A stretch of DNA of 63,166 nucleotides. Origin: a virus. Lineage: Duplodnaviria > Caudoviricetes. The translations under genes were made by a program, and so were the position numbers. The DNA is taken from the IMG/VR virus record IMGVR_UViG_3300037191_001756, positions 1 through 63,166 of that record; one strand, 5' to 3'. The first letter of the stretch is position 1, and every line of letters begins with the position of its first letter. Of the stretch, positions 30,001-34,131 are shown one piece after another. Under the pieces are notes generated by a model. That model was not told the origin of the DNA, ran no database searches, and worked only from the letters and a program-made list of their open reading frames with translations.

Positions 30001-30024
30001 TGACAAATCTATTGGTTCAGCCAT
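12079..30024 (-). CDS. giant virion RNA polymerase polyprotein (5981 aa) with fused accessory domains
   Basis: Two-barrel RNAP motifs ADAQEY, QPIKP, YIKSS, SANKVG, FRIQ, KLPG, FRVPT and catalytic GLDFDVDK; also SF1 helicase, ART-like, macro-like, HExxH and ASCH-like segments. Confidence 0.92.
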   Translation of the reverse strand: MAEPIDLSKNVGNEPPKKVDKQLEGYTYASKETLADIGRSNAENDRKRKINSPDPRNTRYTTANADNLQGEKYLDPRYEQARKNINTFGDMKDTERVAALNQGKGEVFLNTIAGFKLNFKAGVLDLLGSNDPVGMAAMASKDATYEYENWFGRQAKAFQKTAGEKYAIYQDGDDVWSGAYWGNQLQNFGYSTGLIAATFAEQAALGLITGGTGNLAGAAKTARSVQKGLSLAKKLKFGVKSAMANTSKFQRGFGAAQGFKQAFMNSLGAGEATFNQYKKLGYDDDTSKQKAADASALNFKLQAIPLMLLNGFQYSAVAGKYNPFTGGKAQAKTGFGSLIESFAERTFPNVTNKYAKGGINYGVQVVSEAFEEGLETSMTKYAEFRTLQKDKIFKETTYLDHLTKGHELRDSMIGGALGGVGFKAMGSAFSLNFTERRATKRNDAMYTEFLSSVGARNYEDLQAMSKIDPKNKKALYEHKLEMSKASVFEALQYDQLNNDEQGFNLHIDNLEEIQKAIEDNNLDYLRDVVGIESQVDLDFMADNVDSLLEEAKEIKADYSKYHNKFKGDVNSAMNAAHAESVVRDLKKEGLSIKEDLKDFENVDKHYAALSDIGKEYYELMNQNTAMIITSDKGQTNANIAGRTSVLNEMEKLKADPDWTNGAKERRSMNLIDKATHLGLKIGEIHAEKVLDQAETQLLDWSKEGFRKEHKVKKAKEAIEKAISVKEVEAAAKVLPDTEENKNKASKAKAKAIKKEEEKAAEIPSSEKGVPLKTPEEPAEIGTQEFGAEPQYEVQEQEFSPEIVIQEEMSNSRENIVELEEENLNLINELKSIAEELTSEKEAKVVPVVVEPKSGLKVVDAPKPKKVTALEEAQITTIEKKREEINEKTIALNNELKELIQEQIDEQEAIEKIIEQEIIELANIKKRNNNERVEEDVDESTDEETAEFDKHFKGYLKEQNIPDSVIEALPNNMTVDKKLWMVFKERDSFLEKLADVMLSPESDTLDSDGNSIRNPFSSKRSLGYEIAKAAIAPMIETAMAEAKDEAGYRVNSKVLKELVSFNRLLEDLKINMTNSEKKTSLRKLNLVEFQAAFISDSEFRKWVVNTLNKKEDKSFINNVIDSILAILGLNKDTDNYEQIKNDILNSIDVVVGGAKEFNQGSKIILVDGEFTSEKAEELSLEKQTRRDNVKELSNEREAINKQKSDLAIELKNAENQATKVESSVEKVDTQSIERFQLPGQAVQSTSETKTMDTPKGTPMFLPAPNGKGEFTVKNGQSSPKSGASIWKLFVDGDTAEFEFHNSPTTFTATLNDPGNRVEPVSNTIGNYDSKATKIVTRKRGKLRKVRNAEGKDVWELVEKAEISYGELNSKDELPLGLKENLPSEAENKLKQTVKRFYSSTKRKIGYAPDFQEFIEIIIELNNEEFADSMFEALKIGWEANNYPSMDYVEVYDDIFNGGSLNSINNNLITLSTQILSDREIAEYNSDNDKKIEKSNEVVKALPNGKKQVVTIDTGLEEISFNAVYLSIPHKLVQFESGEWGFVYTSNELNSEDDIKHQELLTKNGVKEGDELHIQISPNALGTSINKFDENGIPKESETFQNYVTRNNIVEGSAEWYARVPMMAYNKNGDPVFMIREQDWFNEWNVQGEDSKDVQAQIEKGKKEINSLRKAVSGNGSLSITVSGKTIGTAPQVVVTEDNPQGIRPLSTKPNSVVSFVDGSGNFVIGNKVINKEEVDTHNKPFPPGAYMELLEKPDGRYIAQYLLPQTLGDNVSLLNMISGLMAQFTSTASKESKNAVGKKLAKLTEGWFPQGIAELNTNPKTFNDFLLNFVKLGGSRVVINENNIKGSKTDKVGTPAEKRRYRARRINAINDAATKLYGPKVLKNGEDIIFSQDGGFFVVYRVVKAGKYVAQTRKIGPNKKYPDTDKRVGYYYDKNTFIGSEDFKALLADMKFNPSRTLFENMDSPMITQGESGPAFKREGTMKDVLGASMASSYNSFQLGGETINFVQPKISFKISKNQSQIDKEGAVAQVKKEKKDTVEKNLNQPTIVEPEIVSPIVVIEQTEETVVKEVEGKNLSVEEEVMTTTTIASALREEVIEETDIDNVEELIDSLYNSMTSTTVIENDNAVTGLSIEQTSDLVDYLVHGFAEYITDEEAVTKKLLIENVAEDFDEVINNKENEIEALESRLSEVADSESLTTKINELKNIIDIVRNNKEELLERAEAKFNKFVDISTTNQEEVLDTDDVGEDKVFDKGAVEMNPKSKSSAKLKRFMFGIQDRIGNKTKKGFLGVIKYKSFDEVYDMTLSTLNHPDGLLSSVDVLLERLKEKGESDPTMKQVHDKLSESDEGVQNMFGYEMTKHTLKMQFVSYQKGQGNEYDVKIFDTNSSDIIKVIRKHFLSEFENSALVELNKEGNTSINKEKAKRLQDLGEKFAKQVKDSGGFIFDKEGFTPQGIKIAELVEFLNGFGLILNPESLSHLINKGWFFDSEDGSKKVTFESMFRVSGNTTGVFGYLTNWLQGLEKRDYTAFESIDDANHPFSDMSNILKGLISLERKYNTYPSPSVFRDAGKSVFGFTATTVATDTAQKLTHKGDYGDKYRNMLHEKAFNNTSYILEMLREKDSPLRDKFEVNHLGLTALKQLNADLFGDAGVTDLSAIDHDYTKLGAFQDTKQGSIKSPFKNLPMRMATMFFPNMSDKTQMMIMKTGIFNITDKIVQVKDNKAIASKEMIEMAYRTLVLSEVQRMVDFKSKGAKTDIKGYDAGAYLFLMFPEINKLKHNGKTFAQILDLDEAGNIDVKFFEDNFKSKALVSLEGLVDQEYQNTLDSFRENEYISVDPKTGKNVSKLDKLYLSSRSSDFNKAIHIAAMDFSFNSLISNANIFQLFSGDPALYAKGNINKYFDSPGVLRAEHVNNPRVFDEISKSLDGNMDKRLALLIAPGSKLSNSVDDSYDQIMLHDWVAITENVEFLVELEYGTEERAAAKKLVDDYKNAQNSTDKVKAENILKETYPELDKYFEIEGADAQEYTTAEEHLNTLYRQGRVTKKLYDKSKEKIRNQVAAEAEGREINKKDLLSHALVKLMMQPIKPVYTGMIDDTINGVARTMYIKSSSFPLLPQLTKGKELDKVRRLLEKRAYTKGPDGKIQYKGVRASYQSANKVGSTSNALSILNPDNTVRDVSQLEIDKATVSLDRNNFRIQMDVPMKSLKSNDDKVSQGSQVLKLLMGDGLSQLKTKLFDGPAIKEEFDGLYNEYIDNVIQDLYEEIGLPKSGEIESKEDYQKVLTNLQELLINEAKDRGFSENSIDGLELKTEKDSKGNIISIEFEVPLWLSPDSNKFESLMNAIVNNRINKIKLPGSSYVAASEAGMKMIDYDTYFDRGAVDNTQEKGFSRLEIETPKVQKSDFDILRAIADEKNSSVVGLRNTELKDYIENNESTITEIIPNTTGGNFKILFKRASGTWMAKLSYNPKKDKPFSYTLYKDEGKNGEESFISSSKMSEEFMLKSIEAAIPKNLLESMKKDLKETPSQNSFNLNSIDFKYTESIDKKYGIKETLGDIIKKNRNQEQAPTKVEGKDTEIEQKDNVEVVKRYSNSDVKANPDKIYIFGDNNKRKGTGGQAQIRNNENAFGISTKVAPNNNEEAFMSDVDDGSMNSWYEANIKIIEKDIQAIKTDGRPIVFPKDGLGTGLAKLKEKAPKTYAYLKQRLLEEFGFDNDTGIYEGVKKDTQKPALIKGVSEIFNSNSELSSIGTEEEYNDYVSSIFPDSKVKEVVYHGSKNKIEGDLKPSQKGTFGKGVYFTSIKKGATDLSYTEDQLDIFGFPNEEEVTTPKGSVTAAIINIKNPAKATEVRGGLEQVIVNNTYIDIDKIGQNTKNNDGVIGEREGKTNTGTEYVVKSSPQIHILGSEKDIEKFKNYKNNSQAPTEVEGDALPDNSTGRTQLFPGVYANEGQEAALKSMREFLDSDEKIFVLTGRGGTGKTTIIKKLVNNRHTLFLAPTHKAKTVLAESVGVRANTLASSLGIKLDETTGKFKLDIYARRQDGEFLAIKQYNLIVLDEASMVSDELLKQIKKDMNPDAKIIFMGDNAQLPPVGQSNDSKVFEESVGANLSERMRQDELSPIIPLSDIVANNVESESPKTRVIEERTSKFNEDTNEGVLFFKDESKVLEEFAEDFKENPTSTKLVTFNNENHTSSQSVKNLNDKAREILYGKDALSIVKGEQVVFYDTLMKDKEVIVENSTDFTISEVGEVFDKIQNFSRTTRKGTTSTNLKYKAVRVTMVNNMTNKEITIEIPIPEEKNRLKNEVQKLFKGDKNLGIDKNPALAYTVSAQLPNLQYGYAINSHKAQGSTYRNAYVMEDNILGSTNGGTSKAKNQSLYVAISRASHKLVVQSKLNKTLDKANVEKLEPSLPRVKKQEQKYQNTEVDTQLEDTKTDFSDKLESFIESILPDWIQNSNNKAILAAEFKSLQLFSVEESSLKDRISFGKEAEKLLKEGQKDKNPFEGVTFESQIPNLLYNAISGKLAENGISESDLFFNIFGTETNTKTTPQQEKIEEADDLVKDEILNKKKPQIQPSNTGFQTKLKDNPSKKPSDHVVYTSAWEGELKAAEFYKDKNGKIIGLKKAQIMVGPKFRDNDGKLIELIFADGTPNPLYVEEKGGKMMLKDSISKDLLSITSFRVPTSSHQSMTQLEIVGILPFESGDIMIVPKNLTVQKGLDFDVDKETTYHLRHEVDSSGNIKPIDEIYSLEEINNKLAGNLKLKDRKKLRKLKKKILENKIVRVYGKVLGNAEPEVQKRINKVLSMDIANSQAEMIDTLIADKSSMFTLASPSHQRRKMEAGSSGKLAIGVYSNMVTFHSMVQQSSSKKLGSIKIKVSSKEENTRILKDDPIVFGNTTSDGFLGRSDTLSSSVLPKAVADKIRRSNTDVLAERQNIATDNVKEQVLGRVNINSQTINVDALLVGLGIDMDAWEITEEEFKSNKKNTIKVGGKYYKKGNIPFLFLSQPIIREYVAGLTALSSQTKDFTADAKEVFIDGLREKYGIEVGNVPDLSGESLYNNLTNPENETQVAVLNMFLKLDEKADSIRTLQSQLNANKGLGKSRLEASDKYDGLGNIVGRYKPMEGVYLEGYEALFGQIETLQKNDGIEKVRQLKKDGYREFNGVFIKPSNPMSKMIVESAFVAQKLWSRFFVYDSPEVKQYFNKLLKISKTNAESDFAVTEFKIKLLKEIKKYFNSHSKNNISPENASNKRAELFLDTNSNESLAKYLLTNLKNIPALKENKLLGRFTYKLGKNGGPSLLEFNNAVGEAFDDSLLYASLPMLENQKSSIVLPKRNGKDYTVDMLIDDLIQYSLLEGGVQEAIQFIKYIPVNLLKERGFSQYFNTMDSKDFLNDLSNFETQFFQNNPKLLSKIQPKDLKKNKDGSFSIEDKNSILSLFGGTGFVAMYDKSIKAPKQKYRIFMLQEEKYIEIPVLGTFGMSEYSPNTVGYSETILGNTKNKVKPVPKLAPKAVVPPVVRVKPKEKSEYIGEVKKLEQSIRNGGGLVDYLESAKNYDEVSESTRSLIEAISPFLKGIKVGIDPNLQTAGFATPSSVAGKASLKISSNMKTMSNRSRDYFLRVLLHESIHIVSVDYLNTQFDIEDGITIAKNASIEAVTLLKLFNEAIDSKSATFGVELQQFRAEYNRRKNLRAEGKPLSEYKFPDNSKEKTYQQSIDKFYPFYNIKEFVAEMFTKESFRDEMNNVRSKVSFGVSFGEDFLKLIAKLLTKIGLKRLNKNTVAYNTFIVSSKLFTVDNQLKAKWFPEEKNTAFDKIENDAEIEAMINEARAEEEIIFEEPVATEYYINEGRAVESDSLEESNLDFIIAKGIEGGTFPMNKTTVQQVIDGDKKLTIRGIEWSKLNKPGIYPVEHNGETRYFYISSLAYDKVQTLASYIKTNPGLTKEKIIEDFNVSLEDIHNSGVKKFLSGDNKVQKNLMKVIDITKEFKNRKAQETLINCD
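12090..12470 (-). other. C-terminal ASCH/PUA-like domain in the polyprotein
   Basis: FPM...QQVIDGDKKLTIRG resembles the ASCH I-x-x-G-x-K-x-x-T-x-R motif. Confidence 0.4.
12720..13400 (-). other. zincin metallopeptidase domain in the polyprotein
   Basis: VLLHESIH (13192-13206) with downstream NIKEFVAE. Confidence 0.75.
15898..15912 (-). other. RNAP catalytic motif DFDVD
   Basis: GLDFDVDK, preceded by FRVPT...GDIMIVP. Confidence 0.9.
16890..18230 (-). other. SF1B (Dda/RecD-like) helicase domain in the polyprotein
   Basis: GRGGTGKTT, LAPTHKA, DEASM, GDNAQLPPV, MRQ, YAINSHKAQGSTY, YVAISRA. Confidence 0.92.
18271..18295. repeat. 25-bp direct repeat, copy A (ACCTTCAACTTCTGTAGGTGCTTGT)
   Basis: 24/25 identical to 19327..19351; encodes QAPTEVEG. 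Confidence 0.85.
18310..18860 (-). other. ADP-ribosyltransferase-like domain (H-Y-E type) in the polyprotein
   Basis: VVYHGS...FGKGVYFTS...DGVI...TEYVV...QIH pattern, preceded by SELSSIGTEEEYNDYVSSIFPDSKVK. Confidence 0.7.
18900..19300 (-). other. macro-like phage domain in the polyprotein
   Basis: NPDKIYIFGDN..GTGGQAQIR..NAFGISTK..IVFPKDGLGTGLA, a phage family (A1S_2505-like) with macro-type glycine loops. Confidence 0.6.
19327..19351. repeat. 25-bp direct repeat, copy B (ACCTTCAACTTTTGTAGGTGCTTGT)
   Basis: Encodes QAPTKVEG; offset from copy A is 1056 bp (352 codons, in frame). Confidence 0.85.
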
Positions 30025-30036
30025 TTTACTTTAATT

Positions 30037-32340
30037 TTACAAACTGTTTAAAAAATTTAATGCTGCTTTTTCACTAATAAAAGCTTTTCCTATTATTATA
30101 TCTTTGCTTTTATCTAAAACTAATGTTCTGTACCCTAAATCTGCATCACTCCAGTATTGTTTTATTCTGTATTCTTTTGAACTTTTAGGGTGAATATAAC
30201 CTTTAAGTTCTTTTGAATTATCAGAACCTCCTGAAGGTATGTTTTTTAAAGTACTCCACAAGTCATAAGCATCCGCTTCTAACTTATTTTCATGTATAAA
30301 ACTATCTTTCCCAGTTCCTGCTAAAGCCAAATTACTTACTAGCTCATGAGATGTTTTAACACTTTTATCAGGTATAATAATTGTACCATCTGCGAGTTTA
30401 AATGCAGTTTGAGCATGTTTGTTTATTCCAGTAGTTTCTATATCTGTCTCTACATTTTCCATCAACTCTTCTTTATCTTTTCTACTTGTAATTTGCTTAC
30501 CAGTATTGTCATAGAAATCAAAATATAATGGAAAACTTTTTATTTGAGCTACTATATTATCAGATTCTGGTGTAGCTACAGTGTTATAAACATATACTTC
30601 ACTTGACCTAGTAGAAACATTGTCTTTATAATAATTATCTATAGACTTAAATCCTTCTTTAGCTAAAGATTCAAAGTTTGCTTCATTTCTTTTGTAGTCA
30701 ACTCTTATACTTCTTGTGGAAGTAATTTTATTTCCTTTCATGTCTACATTTGGGTAATCTTCACTTGCAAACTCTGACATTTCTACCCCTCTATCTTTTG
30801 CAAGTTGTTTGAAAGTAAGCTTTATATTTGTAGCATTATAAGGTCTGTCTCCATGTTTTTTGTAAACTTCTTCTTTACTTAAAGTAAAGTATTGAATACT
30901 ACCATCTTTAGCAACACCTGAAAAATTTAATCTATTACCTGGAACATCAGGAACACTTTCAACTAATTGGTCATTTGCTTCTCTTCTTCTAGCTATAATA
31001 GTATTAGCTGGGCTACCAGGTACAGTTTCCCACCTCATAACTCCATTTACGCTTCTTCTTTTTATACCATTTTCTCTAGATGCTTTCATTAACTCAGAAA
31101 GGTCTCCAGCAGCTGTTATATTTACACCTGGTAATTTTCCTGCCAACTCATTATTAGCTAAAGTAATAGCAGCATCTTGATTTAAAGCTGCACTAGCAGC
31201 AGGAACATCTCCATTTTCTAAACCTATTAAAATTGCATTTTGCTTAGCTTGCCACTCATCTCTTTCTTTATCATTAGTAAACTTAGCTTCCATCCTTGCA
31301 GTAGCAGCAGCTTCTTTTCTAGCGGCAATAGCTTCTCTTGACCTAATATTATCTTGATTTAAGCTGACTTTATCTGCTTCCATACCAACTTCTCTAAAAG
31401 AGTAGATACCTTGAAGTGTATTTAAGTCACTAGAAAATCTATATTCAGAATTAGTTTGAGGAATAACAGATTGTTTTTCTTTGTCTGTCATCGTCTCATA
31501 TTTATCTTCTGATATCACTGATTGAGTAGCATTATCATATAGTACAACTGGTTTAATTAACATTTCTGCTCTTTCTTCATCAGTTTCAGCTGACATAAAA
31601 TCTTCAGTGGAACCATTAATGAATCCTTGCCCTTGCCCAATCATTACTTGTTGTTGCATATACCCTTTGTACTTAGGGTCAGACATAACCATATTTAAAG
31701 CAATTTGTCTCACTCTACTTTCAGATACTTCTGTATTTTCATATATATAATGACCAGCTTTAGTACTAGATTTTCTTGCTTTAATCTTATCCATCATTAA
31801 AGTCAACTCTTTCTTAAATAAGTCAGGTCTTCCTACAAATTTTTCAGGAGTAAATTCATAATCTCCACTAGCAGTAGTTCCCTCTTTGAACTGCTCATAG
31901 TAGTGGCTTAACATTTGATTATAAGTAGTTGGGTCAGTCTTTTTTAAACCTTCATTTTCTTTCAACATAGTTTGAAAAGAATTATACCTGCCAACAACTT
32001 TTGAGGTTTCTCCAGTGGTTAAGTCCTCTGTGAGTTCTTGCTTTAAGTTATTGACATCAGGCATATAACTACTAGCGTCAAGTACATTATCTAATATCTG
32101 ATTAGTGATATCTGTAGCTTTTCCATCATAATAGTTTTTCTTATCTTCTACTCTTTTTCTTTCAGCTTCAATAGGCATATACTTAACCTTACTGTATTCA
32201 TTTACAACATTCTGAGATTCAGCTATTGTAACATCTACTTCCCCTTCTTTTTTTGCCATGACTCTATCCATAAGCTTAAAATCAGGCTTATACATAAAAT
32301 CTTTAAACTCTCCCTTACTTGTGTTATAAAATCTACTCAT
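30037..32340 (-). CDS. virion cargo/ejection protein (767 aa)
   Basis: Lies between the cargo-1-like gene and vRNAP; helical and Cys-free. Confidence 0.65.
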   Translation of the reverse strand: MSRFYNTSKGEFKDFMYKPDFKLMDRVMAKKEGEVDVTIAESQNVVNEYSKVKYMPIEAERKRVEDKKNYYDGKATDITNQILDNVLDASSYMPDVNNLKQELTEDLTTGETSKVVGRYNSFQTMLKENEGLKKTDPTTYNQMLSHYYEQFKEGTTASGDYEFTPEKFVGRPDLFKKELTLMMDKIKARKSSTKAGHYIYENTEVSESRVRQIALNMVMSDPKYKGYMQQQVMIGQGQGFINGSTEDFMSAETDEERAEMLIKPVVLYDNATQSVISEDKYETMTDKEKQSVIPQTNSEYRFSSDLNTLQGIYSFREVGMEADKVSLNQDNIRSREAIAARKEAAATARMEAKFTNDKERDEWQAKQNAILIGLENGDVPAASAALNQDAAITLANNELAGKLPGVNITAAGDLSELMKASRENGIKRRSVNGVMRWETVPGSPANTIIARRREANDQLVESVPDVPGNRLNFSGVAKDGSIQYFTLSKEEVYKKHGDRPYNATNIKLTFKQLAKDRGVEMSEFASEDYPNVDMKGNKITSTRSIRVDYKRNEANFESLAKEGFKSIDNYYKDNVSTRSSEVYVYNTVATPESDNIVAQIKSFPLYFDFYDNTGKQITSRKDKEELMENVETDIETTGINKHAQTAFKLADGTIIIPDKSVKTSHELVSNLALAGTGKDSFIHENKLEADAYDLWSTLKNIPSGGSDNSKELKGYIHPKSSKEYRIKQYWSDADLGYRTLVLDKSKDIIIGKAFISEKAALNFLNSL

Positions 32341-32346
32341 TATTGA

Positions 32347-34125
32347 TTATTTACCATACTTAAGGTTAGTATTCATATTTTGTACTCCTGCATTCATTTC
32401 AAATAACCTAGAAGAGAATTCATTATCAGACTTAGCTGTTTTCTTTTTTACTTTAGATTTAGTTTTATCTACACTAAGGTTACCTTTCATATCTATCTCA
32501 ATACCATATTTGTCATACAATGTATTAATCATATTAGTCATAGTATCTCTGTACTCGGCTTCATTAAGATTAGCTCCTACACTTTGTAATCCTTCTGTTA
32601 AAGTCATTAAATCTTTACCTCTTTGAGAATAAAAGTTAGCTTTGTCTTGTCTATTAGCTAAATCAGCTTCTCTTTCTCCACTCATTTTCATCTCATCAAC
32701 TTTAGATAAGAATTGAGATTTATTCTGAGCCATTCCTATTAACTGCTGTTGAAATTGAGCCACAGATTGATTAAGACTTTCTTGATATTGTTGTTCAGAA
32801 GAAGAGTCCAATGCTCTCCTAGTATTCACACCTCTAGCACTTAAGCTGTTTTGAGCTTTCTGAGTTCTTTTAGATTTTGCTAACCTATCTACTTGTGATT
32901 CATATACAGATTTCATAGCTCCTTCTGCATCATCAAGCTCTTTCATAGAGGCATCTCCAAAGTTTTTAAAGTAGTTTTCATTTGCTGTATCTGAAGCTCT
33001 TTCTTTAAGAGTATTTCTAAGAGGCAAAATACTTTGAGCTAAAGAAGACCCAATACCTACCATATCTCCTCCTGTTAAGTTGGGTTTATTTTCTATAGAT
33101 TCTCCTATAGCTTTTCCTCCTGCTTCTGTAGCAGTCTTAGCACCTTCTTTAACTGAATCTCCTAAATTTGAAAGACCTCTTAATATAGGAGTAAAGTCAA
33201 AATCTCTCTCCATATTACCTGGACCTTTAATTTCAGGGCTATACATATCTAATTGAGGATTATCTAAATAATTAGGATTATCTTTATAATTCTTAAATTC
33301 TTCAGCGTTGGCAGCTTTTATTTTTTCAACATCTTGTTGTCTTGATAAGTAATCAGCATAATTATCAGGAGCTCTTAAATAAGGCTTGTCATTGCTTTTA
33401 TTATAATCAATAACTTTCACTTGTGCTAAATTTGTATTGGGTAACAGTTTCATCTCTTTGTCCATAATATCTCTGATATCCCTGATAGGGTCAGGACCTG
33501 TTCCATAAGCTAACTTACCAGGACTGTTAGGATTATTAGCCATCATATTAGCTAGCCCTTGAAGTTGTATGTCAAAAGCTTCACTTTTCTCATTATTCAT
33601 TTTAATCTTCTTACTAGTTTTTTCTAGTAAAGGGTCAAATCCTTTTTTCAATTGATTGTCAATTTTTTGTAAGGACTTCTCTCTTTTCTTTTTTCTTTCA
33701 GCTAATGTCTCTCCTCCTATTCTAATTCTATCAGAATAAACTTTAGAACCATTTTCTAAGTCAACATCAATACCACCTTGCTCATGAGAAGCACCTTTAA
33801 ATTCCATCAATCCTCCTCCTGGAGTTTCAGCTACTTCATCTCCTTCTACTTCTACAGGAGTAGTTCCAACTTGTCCTCCGTAAGCCATAAAGTTTTCAAG
33901 ACCTTCTTTCCCTATTCCTTCTAAAATACTTAACTCTCCTCCTGTTACTTTACCACCAGCATACTGCATACCAATCCCACCAAGAGCTGCCATGATATCA
34001 GTCATAGGAGTATTTCCTTCTTCTAAAGCTTTAGCTACATTTATATCATTTTTAGCTAAAGCCTCTCCAGGAGTCTCTATGTTAAGTTTAGTACCATACT
34101 TATATTTATTTCTTTTCTTTTTCAT
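32347..34125 (-). CDS. crAss cargo protein 1-like (592 aa)
   Basis: VEVEGDEV...FKGASHEQGGIDV...VYSDR motif, AYGG motif, coiled-coil C-terminus; follows the muzzle gene. Confidence 0.7.
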   Translation of the reverse strand: MKKKRNKYKYGTKLNIETPGEALAKNDINVAKALEEGNTPMTDIMAALGGIGMQYAGGKVTGGELSILEGIGKEGLENFMAYGGQVGTTPVEVEGDEVAETPGGGLMEFKGASHEQGGIDVDLENGSKVYSDRIRIGGETLAERKKKREKSLQKIDNQLKKGFDPLLEKTSKKIKMNNEKSEAFDIQLQGLANMMANNPNSPGKLAYGTGPDPIRDIRDIMDKEMKLLPNTNLAQVKVIDYNKSNDKPYLRAPDNYADYLSRQQDVEKIKAANAEEFKNYKDNPNYLDNPQLDMYSPEIKGPGNMERDFDFTPILRGLSNLGDSVKEGAKTATEAGGKAIGESIENKPNLTGGDMVGIGSSLAQSILPLRNTLKERASDTANENYFKNFGDASMKELDDAEGAMKSVYESQVDRLAKSKRTQKAQNSLSARGVNTRRALDSSSEQQYQESLNQSVAQFQQQLIGMAQNKSQFLSKVDEMKMSGEREADLANRQDKANFYSQRGKDLMTLTEGLQSVGANLNEAEYRDTMTNMINTLYDKYGIEIDMKGNLSVDKTKSKVKKKTAKSDNEFSSRLFEMNAGVQNMNTNLKYGK

Positions 34126-34131
34126 TTATAA

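Noticed and set aside
9657-30528. Many short + strand ORFs (60-158 aa) opposite the giant genes, and the same-strand alternate-frame ORF 26097..26348
   Set aside because: Ser/Leu/Phe-rich antisense shadows of Glu/Lys-rich coding sequence, mostly with non-ATG starts and no motifs
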